A program made the position numbers and the translations under genes. A stretch of 64,000 bases of DNA. It comes from the human T2T-CHM13v2.0 reference genome, Homo sapiens. How positions within the stretch are numbered: the first letter of the stretch is position 1; each line of letters opens with the position of its first letter. The notes beneath the pieces are model-generated. The model saw only the letters and a program-made list of their open reading frames with translations, was not told where the DNA came from and did no database searches. Shown in pieces: positions 55,510-64,000 of this stretch. The stretch lies in assembly GCF_009914755.1 (NCBI RefSeq), contig NC_060940.1, one strand, 5' to 3'.

Positions 55510-56630
55510 ACTTTTATTTAAGTATAATTTTAATACAGTAAAATTTATTGTTTTAAGTTTTGACAAATACAATTGTAAAACGTCACGATATAAAACAGTT
55601 TCAGTAGCCCCCCAATTTCCTCTTGCTTTCCTTTGAGGTCAACACCCTCCTTCCCCCACCATTAATCACTGTTTTGTGCCGTTATCTTTTGCTGCTTCTC
55701 AGAATTTCATAAAAATGGAGTTTACACTGTGTAGCCTTTGTATCTGGCTTTTTTCTTGTAGGACAATGAACATGAGATTCATCCATGCTATTTCCTGTGA
55801 CTGTTGGTTTTTTATTTTTATTTAATTTTAATAGTAGAGTAGCATTCCATTGTATGGATATTCTGTCTGTTGAAGGATATTAGGGTTGTTTTCAATTTTG
55901 GACAATTGTGAATAAAGCCATTATAAATAATTGGATAGAGATTTCTGTGTAAACATTTGCTTTTATTTTACTTTGGTAAGTGCCTAAGAGTGGAAATGCC
56001 AGGTGATTAGTAATTGTATGAAAGATGCTGTCATTATTAATTTTATATCAACTTGGCTGGGTCATGGTGCCCAGATATGTGGTCAAAACCTGTCCTGGAT
56101 GTTTCTGTGAGCCTGAAATCAACATTTAAATCAGTGGACTTTCAGTGGATTGTCTTCCATAATGTAATTTGTCTTCTTCCAATCAGTTGAAGGCCTGAGT
56201 AAAACAAAAGACTACTCTCCCCAGAGCAAAGGATAATTAATTATTCAGCAGATGACCTTCAGACTCGAACTTCAATATTGGCTCTTTCCTGAGATTTTAG
56301 CCTGATGGCCTTTGGATTTGAGCTGTAGCACATTCTCTTTTCTGGTTCTGCAGCCTACCAGCCCACCCTGCAGATTTTGGACTTGCCAGCCTCCATAATT
56401 GCCTGAGCCAATGCTTTAAATCATTTTCTCCATACATACACATTCTTTTGGTTATATTTCTCTGAAGAACTCTGACTTATACAGTTGCTGTACCACTGTG
56501 TATTACTATGCACATATAGTGTAGAGAATTCCAGTTGTACCATATCCTTGTCGGCACTTGGTATTATCAGTGTGTTTTGTTTCTAAAGCAAACTATTACA
56601 AAATATATGTAATGGTATCTTATTGTGGTT
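55510..56630 (-). mobile_element. L1M (ME/MC-like) 3' region interrupted by MLT2
   Basis: tgagattcatccatgc; agcattccattgtatggata; after the LTR gagaattccagttg...aatggtatcttattgtgg. Confidence 0.75.
56029..56483 (+). mobile_element. MLT2C/D-like ERVL solo LTR
   Basis: atcaacttggctggg...tggacttgccagcctccataattgcctgagccaa...gaactctgacttataca. 5-bp TSD-like gatgc/gttgc. Confidence 0.88.
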
Positions 56631-56792
56631 ATGGCTAGTTTACAACCCTGCATATTATAGAATTATAATTCATTATAAAGCAATAATACTGAATATAAAT
56701 ACGTTAAACTTTTATAGCATTGAGTAGTTTACCAAGTATGTTCACTGTATTATAGTATTCATTCTTACAGGTCAATGGCACTAGGTAATTGA

Positions 56793-57031
56793 TTTTTATT
56801 TTATTTTATTTTATTTATTTTATTTTTTGCAATAGGATCTTGCTGTGTCTCCCAGGTTAGAGTACAGTGGCATCATCATGGCTCACTGCAACCTCAAACT
56901 ACTTGGGCTCAAGCATTCTCCCACCTCAGTCTCCCAAGTAGCTTGGATTACAGGCACATACCACCACGCCCAGATAGTTTTTTTTTTTAATTTTTTAGAT
57001 ATGAGCTCTTGCTATGTTGCTCAGGCTGGTG
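56793..57031 (-). mobile_element. AluJ-like, 5'-truncated
   Basis: (TTTTA)n tail; catcatggctcactgcaacctcaaactacttgggctcaagc; tcttgctatgttgctcaggctggt. Confidence 0.92.
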
Positions 57032-57481
57032 ACAATTCATCTTTTTATCCCTAGGACAAAAGTGTGCTTTGTTGTTAGAAGTTGCTTAAGACTTTCGTGT
57101 GGAGTGAACAACACAGTTAGTAGGTACAATTATTAGTCCTATTCTATAGATGACTACACATGAGTTTATAGATTTCATGTCCCTTACCAAAGTTGAGATA
57201 ACAAGTTATAGAACTAGGAATCAAACTTTATTTTCTTCTCTCCAAAGACTATAGTTTGCACTCTTGGTACTAAACCACACTCTGTGCTGTAATATTTATA
57301 GCGAAGCTCACATCAGTTATCATGTATTATCTATCAGATCATTAAAGTCTAGAATGTCTTGATTTTTCTTTTTAAAATAAAAGGCATATAACAAGTTTCT
57401 CTCTTTAACATTTAAGACAGGTGCAGAATGTAAGAATGATTTCCGGGAGAGTAACCATGATAGCTACATCACCAGATGAAA

Positions 57482-57570
57482 TAAATTTTCAGCTCCATTA
57501 TAATCTTATGAGGCCACCATCCTACATGTGGCCTGTCATTGACCACAACATTGTTATATGGTGCATGACT
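57482..57570. mobile_element. Tigger3-type DNA transposon terminus
   Basis: ttttcagctccattataatcttatg...ccacc...ttgacc...gttatatggtgcatgact. Confidence 0.8.
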
Positions 57571-57932
57571 ATACGTATAAAGTTTCATTGTGATACCCTA
57601 TCTCTATATAAATGTCATTGTAATACTCCAAAAATTGAATGGTGCTAATTTTCCAGTAGTCCCATTCCTATAAACAGTGAGTGACCATAGTGAACTGAAT
57701 AAGCTCCTCCACATACTACTTAGAAGGAATAACGTATCAAGTTGTTTCTCCTGCCACGCAAGAGCTGCATACGACTGACTGCCACCTGGACCCTGTTGTT
57801 ATGAGCATTTTGTAAAGTTCTCAAGGTCTGAGCAATGTTTTTTGTTATCTGAAGGATGTATCAAAACTGAAGCAGACATGTTCCCCATGGGGTGCTTATC
57901 TAAGGAGGCTTTGGATAAAATTGAGGCTGTGC

Positions 57933-57934
<2 letters not shown>

Positions 57935-57969
<35 letters not shown>
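57935..57969. repeat. (TG)n microsatellite
   Basis: About 17 perfect TG units. Confidence 0.97.
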
Positions 57970-57971
<2 letters not shown>

Positions 57972-59373
57972 TGAACTGGGCAGTTGGGGAAACATGGTGC
58001 AGTCTTTGTGTATTTGTATGACTGTGTCAAAGTTGTTCTGATAAAGTACATACACTAGAATTATTTGAGCCTAGAAGGCTGGGGTATCAAGAGCAAAACA
58101 GATATTGTAGAAATATATATGAAGGAAAAAATACGTGAACCTGATAAATCACTACGAAAGCCAGTTCAGCTGGGATCTAATTATTCACCAAGGCAATTTC
58201 CAGAGCAGAGAGGATTATCCCAAGCACGCTTCCCATAGAAATTTCAACTAAAAAGCTTAGAATGGATACAGAAGTAGACAGTAGACTCAGTATGAAACAT
58301 GATGAAGGTTAATAAAACCACTTTCAGAGCAATATGGAGTTATTATGTATCAAGGATTCTAAAAATGTCATAGTCCTAACCTAGTAAATTCTTTTTAAGA
58401 CAGCTATATAAATAAATTACCATATACAGTATGAAAAATACATATATAAACACAGAACCAGAAAGGACTAATTTATGATAATATACTCATAACACAGACA
58501 ATGGAGCAAGCATCTATTATTGGATGTTTTAGTTAACTAAATTTTGGTAAATTTAGTATATAAAATATTATAGTAGTGTATATGTTTTGTTTATGTTAAA
58601 ATATCATAAAGCCATTCCAAATATTATTTATATATTAGATTAAGAGTTTAGAATAAAGCATTATATAATGCATGTGTTAATAATCAGCTATGTTAGAACT
58701 ATGCATAATGTTATATGTATTAAAAGAAAACACTGATCTCAACTTTGGTTTACTAAGAGTGATTTATCTTTTTTTATCTTTTTTGGCTTGTAAATAGTAA
58801 TATGGAATTTACATCTATGTTTGTTATAGTGAAGAAAACTTAAAATGCAATGTATAAAACAAAAATAAAAGAACGGTGATTCTGGTGAAAAAAATGTAAA
58901 AATGTTCATTAAATTCTTTTGAACCACATGTAAACAAATCTAATTATTAACTGCCAAGAAAACATCAGAATAGCCCTAGGTGATTGATAGCCCTTACTAT
59001 CTTCTAGAATGAAGAGAGAGGGAAGAGGAAGCATTTAAGAAAATACACAAGAAAGAAATGTGAGGAGAGGAGAAAGGCTTGAACATTGCTAAATAATCCT
59101 ACCAGAGAGAATTTAATGACCTAACAGCAGCATTCCTTCCACCATCCATGATCAAGAAATGAGGGATTATAAGAAAAAGTAATCCTCCTAATTTATCTTT
59201 GACAAATTTCATGCTTAAGTAAGATTTGGGTTATTATTATTTTTATTTTGTTTGGGGAGTGGGGGTTCCACAGGAAGCAAGGGCAGGATTGAGGTTCGAA
59301 ACCTGGGCTAAAAGAGGCTTCCTGAGTTCTAGCCTATTCCTCATCTTTTACTCATGTTAAAAATCACAAGGAT

Positions 59374-60424
59374 CAGTCTATCATTGATGGGCATTTGGGT
59401 TGGTTTCAAGTCTTTGCTATTGTGAACAGTGCCGCAATAAACGTACCTGTGCAAGTGTCTTTATAGTAGAATGATTTATAGTCCTTTGGGTATATACCCA
59501 ATAATGGGATTGCTGGGTCAAATGGTATTTCCAGTTCTAGATCCTTGAGGAATTGCCACACTCTCTTCCACAATGGTTGAACTCATTCACACTCCCACTA
59601 ACAGTGTAAAACCTTCCCTATTTCTCCACAGCCTCACTAGCATGTGTTGTTTCCTGACTTTTTAATAATTGCCATTCTAAATGGCATGAGATGGTATCTC
59701 ATTGTGGTTTTGATTTGCATTTCTCTAATGACCAGTGATGATGAGCTTTTTTTCATATGTTTCTTGGCCACATAAATGTTTTCTTTTGAGATATGTCCAT
59801 ATCCATTGCCCACTTTTTGATGTTTTTTGTTGTTGTTGTTTGTTTTTTTCTTGTAAATTTGTTTAAGTTCCTTGTAGATTCCAGATATTAGCCCTTTGTC
59901 AGATGGACAGATTGCAAAAATTTCCTCCCATTCTGTAGGTTGCCTTTTCACTCTGGCGATAGTTTCTTTTGCTATGCAGAAGCTCTTTGCTTTAATTCAA
60001 TCCCATTTGTCAATTTGGCTTTTGTTGCAATTGCTTTTGGTGTTTTAGTCATGAAATCTTTGCCCATGCCAATGTCCTGAATGGTACTGCCTAGGTTTTC
60101 TTCCAGGGTTTTTATGGTTTTAGGTTTTACATTTAAGTCTTTAATCCATCTTGAGTTAATTTTGTATAAAGCATAAATAAGGGGTCAAGTTTCTTTTTTG
60201 TGCATATGGCTAGCCAGTTTTCCCAGCACCATTTAATAAATAAGAAATCCTTCCCCTATTGCTTGTTTTTGTCAGGTTTGTTGAAGTTCAGATGGTTGTA
60301 GATGTGTGGTGATATTTCTGAGGTCTCAGTTCTGTTCCATTGGTCTATATATCTGTTTTGGTACTAATACCATGCTGTTTTGGTTACTGTAGGCTTGTAG
60401 TATAGTTTGAAGTCAGGTAGCATG
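59374..60424 (-). mobile_element. L1PA7-like, inverted 5' segment (ORF2 C-terminal region)
   Basis: ORF 59637..59951 gives [11 protein letters not shown]...[13 protein letters not shown]. Starts cagtctatcattgatgggc. Confidence 0.95.
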
Positions 60425-60833
60425 GTGGCACATGTATACCATGGAATACTATGCAGCCACGAAAAAGAATGAGTTCATGCCCTTTGCAAGGATATGGATG
60501 AAACTGGAAGCCATCATTCTCAGCAAACTAACACAGTAACAGAAAATCAAACACCACATGTTCTCACTCATAAGTGGGAGTTGAACAAGAAGAACACATG
60601 GACACAGGGAGGGGAACATCACACACCAGGGCCTGTTGCAGGGTTGGGGGCAAAGGGAGGGAGAACATTAGGACAAATACCTAATGCATGCAGGGCTTAA
60701 AACCTAGATGACGGGTTGATAGGTGCAACAAACCACCATGGCACATGTATACCTATGCAATAAACTTGCACGTTCTGCACATATATTCCAGAAATTAAAG
60801 TAAAATTTAAAAAATTTGAAAATTTTTAAAAAA
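60425..60833 (+). mobile_element. L1PA7-like 3' end with A-rich tail
   Basis: ggacaaatacctaatgcatgcagggcttaaaacctagatgacgggttgataggtgca 3'UTR. Confidence 0.95.
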
Positions 60834-61260
60834 GAAATAAGTCAATCTGAAAAGACTACATACTATACTATTTCAACTACATGACATTCTGGAAAAGGAA
60901 AAATTATGGAAACATTAAAAAGACCAGTGTTATCAGGGATCTGCTGCAGAGAGAAAGGGAGAGATGAACCGGCATTTTTGGGGCAGTGAGACTATGCTGT
61001 AATGGTGGATAAATGTCATTACACATTTGTCAAAAGCTCTAGTATATACAACACAAAGATTCACTTTACCATAAAGGACAGATTTTAGTTAATAATAATG
61101 TATCAACATTGGCTCATCAATTGTAACAAACATGCCACACTAAGGTAGAATGCCAACAGGATAAACTGTAGGTGAGGCAGAGGGGAGTGAGGGGTATACG
61201 GAACTGTACTTCTGTAAATCTAAAACTGCTTTAAAAAATAAAGTCTAGTAGTTAAAAAAG
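60834..61260 (+). mobile_element. L1MC-like 3'UTR (inside the L1PA7 TSD, probably transduced)
   Basis: caatctgaaaagactacatact...atgacattctggaaaagg...ctaaaactgctttaaaaaataaag. Confidence 0.8.
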
Positions 61261-62484
61261 AATGCACTAATAAAGAACAATATGAATAAAAAACAAAATC
61301 ACAGGGATCAGATAAATGTCTGCTCTGACTCATTCTTAGTGTTATTTTGCAAATTACATTATGAATGTGAGTTTCAGAAATGTAGTGGGTTCCTACTGCA
61401 GGGTTTTTCTAGACATCCAAATGTATACAGCCCATCACTGGGTTGTGATGACTGGACTTACTCTTAGGAAAGAGTTAACAGAAACCTTTGTCGGAAGTGG
61501 GCCTTCAAGTACCACAGAAAGATTTTAAATGGGGTTTGAAGTTGCCCAATTACGGCTTTTAAATGAATCAAAGACAAAGTCTCATAATCTTCTTAGGACA
61601 TGGTCTGAGGCTCTTTGGCGGGAAGAAGATGAGAACAAAGAGCAACGGCTTCTCTATATGGATTATTAAGTAAGAAATAGCACCGGACATCACAGGCATC
61701 GGAGTAAACAAGCTCTGTTCATCCCTTGTCTTGATTTCCTTTTTGGTTTTGTTTTTGTTTTTTTCAAATGAATCCAGAAAATGCACAAAAGGCTTTCACT
61801 TCAAGGGAGTTGAAAGAATGTCCTTTGCCTCTTTGTTGCATTTGGCCTTTGTTCAGTGGACAATCAAAGAAGCAGAGATTTTTTTTCTTCCTGAGCATTA
61901 AATTTCATTTCTCTAAAATAACTATTAAAAATTTAAATCTCTGAAAAATAAGTCTAAAGAAACTTAAGTTTTGTTTTTGTGAATGTAATTATAAATCCTA
62001 AGTATCTGTATAGATTCCAAGTATAATGGCTTCAAAACATGAGCAAACTCTCCCCAACCAGAATGGCCAGCTTGTTTTGCATACTTTCTGGGTGAAAACT
62101 GCCTTATGTATTAGAAGAAGCCGACAATTACCATACAGAGAGGGAGTGTCTATCTATTCTTTGAAGCCATATCTTACATAAAACTTGCCTTTTAAAAGGA
62201 GTAATAATTTCAGTAGTAGTGACCTTTCCCTGTCCCAAACCTCCCCATGGCTTTGTTTACTTCCTAAGACATTTTATTTGACCCTATGATTTAATACCCA
62301 TTTCTGAGGAAAACAAATGAGTAATGAGCATACATCACCATATATATTATCAAGTATTGTCCTACAAATATATTCTGCCTCTCTCTCTGCCTTTTTTTTG
62401 GAGTTGGTGGGGAGATCAAGCTAGGATTTCAACTCAGACAGTCTAACTCTGCAACTTGCTTTGTTTCGTTTTGTTGTAGTTTGA

Positions 62485-62870
62485 AGTTTTCCCCCCAATT
62501 TTTTATTGTGGCCAAATACACAAAACATGAAATTTACAACCATAGCCATGTTAAAGTGTCCCATTCACAGTATTAAATACATTCATGATGTTGTGCGGCC
62601 ACCACCATCCATCTCCAGAACTCTTTTCATCTTGTAAAAGTGAAACTCTGCACCCATCAAACAAAAAGCCCCCATTCACTTTTTCTTTAGTCCCTGGCAA
62701 CCACCATTCTACTTTCTAGCTCTATGATTTTGACTGCTCTAAGTACCTCAGACAAGTGGAATTACATAGTTTCTGTCTTTTTGTGACTGGCTTATTTCAC
62801 GTGGCATAATGTCCTCAAGATTCATCCATGTTGTAGCATGTGGCAGATTTTCTTTCCTTTTTAAGACTGT
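62485..62870 (-). mobile_element. L1MB 3' end
   Basis: ttttattgtggccaaatacac...ccaccatccatctccagaactcttttcatcttg...ttcctttttaagactg. Confidence 0.9.
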
Positions 62871-63110
62871 AAAATGTTATAGCTGCTATAAAAAAGTATG
62901 TCTGTTCTTTAAAAAAGTAAAAATAAAATTGCCATATGATCCAGCAATTCCACTCTGAGTGTATACCCAAAATAATTGAAAGGAGGGTCTTAAATAGATA
63001 TTTGTATACCCATGCCTATTATTCACATTAAAAAAAAAATGGAAGCAACCCAAGTGTCTATGGACAGATGAATGGATAAGTAAAATGTGGTATTTATATA
63101 CAATGAAACA
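62871..63110 (+). mobile_element. L1MB inverted segment
   Basis: ccatatgatccagcaattccactc...gcaacccaagtgtc...gaatggataagtaaaatgtgg. Confidence 0.88.
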
Positions 63111-63119
63111 TACATAGTC

Positions 63120-63270
63120 TCACAATTTTGATAACAACTCCTGAGAAGTCTTAGCATCCCCATTTTACCAATAATGAAATCTCAGGGTTACAAAGTTTAA
63201 CTCTTATAAAATCACATAACTAGTAGGTGTCAGAGTCGGGACTTGGACTAGTTCTATCTTTATCTGTAAC
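63120..63270 (-). mobile_element. MIR
   Basis: catccccattttaccaataatgaaatctcaggg...tcacataactagtagg. Confidence 0.7.
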
Positions 63271-63634
63271 AATAGCAATCATTTTACTCTTTTAATCTAA
63301 GGGTGGCAACTATGTCTTATATTCACAGATCCTATCATCTATATGTCAGTTCTGCCAGGATCTTTGCTATGGAAATACAAGTGGTGCAAAACGATGAGAT
63401 TTCCATACACTAAATGCTACTAAATACTAACAGAACATGGGAAGGCTTATACATATCTATGTTTAAGTAAAGAACATGTAAATGTTGGAAGCCTGCACCA
63501 CCCAATTTAATTGAGCTAAAATATAAATATTTTCTTACCCAATAGCTTACTAAATCACTTGGAAAAAAAGGCTGTTGTCATTTGCTTGTTTGTTTTTGAG
63601 TGATTCTCTTCTTGTGCTCTACTTAAAAAAGAAC

Positions 63635-63850
63635 ATGGCATAGCACAATGAGCATGGGATTTGGACAATACTTGATTTAGGCTGCAATAAATTAGTCACT
63701 TACTCTATGTGTATTTTTGTGTAAGTTATTGTTTTGCCTTAATATTATTCACCTTACCTTCACATGAGAATGACAATAATTGCTTTACAGGGTTATAATG
63801 AGTATTAAATGAGATAATGAATAAAAAGCAATCGATGCTGAATACATGAA
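63635..63850 (+). mobile_element. MIR
   Basis: tgctttacagggttataatgagtattaaatgagataatg. Confidence 0.7.
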
Positions 63851-64000
63851 AGTTTCACAGTTTATAAATTATAGGAACCCTTTGTACTAATTTTTAAGTA
63901 CAATATAAAATTCCAGTTTTATGCTATTTTCAAATAATATGTCTCCTCTTGTAGTTTGAATAATCATGTTTTATATGTTCCTGGTGCCTGCTACAGTAAA

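Overview
This is AT-rich, repeat-dense primate (simian, human-like) intergenic or deep-intronic DNA. I find no credible protein-coding gene, RNA gene or CRISPR array. Nearly all ORFs in the track are decayed L1 ORF2 fragments, Alu read-throughs, GC-rich LTR/L1 5'UTR frames or chance short ORFs. The window holds 7 Alus (S and J types), many L1 pieces (L1PA7-like, L1PB/L1P4-like, L1MA-ME), solo LTRs (MER52, MER41A, two LTR8-family, MST, MLT1/MLT2), DNA-transposon relics and MIR/L2. Subfamily names come from my memory of consensus sequences and need RepeatMasker/Dfam confirmation. I do not see a new biological system. The best structural observations are: (1) an L1PA7-like insertion with a 5' inversion and an apparent ~460-bp 3' transduction, all enclosed by one 17-bp TSD (59360-61311); (2) a 173-bp local direct duplication containing a 23-bp palindrome (20934-22261); (3) two more L1s with twin-priming geometry; (4) an orphan L1 5'UTR; (5) a cluster of three ERV1 solo LTRs; (6) several small template-switch scars.
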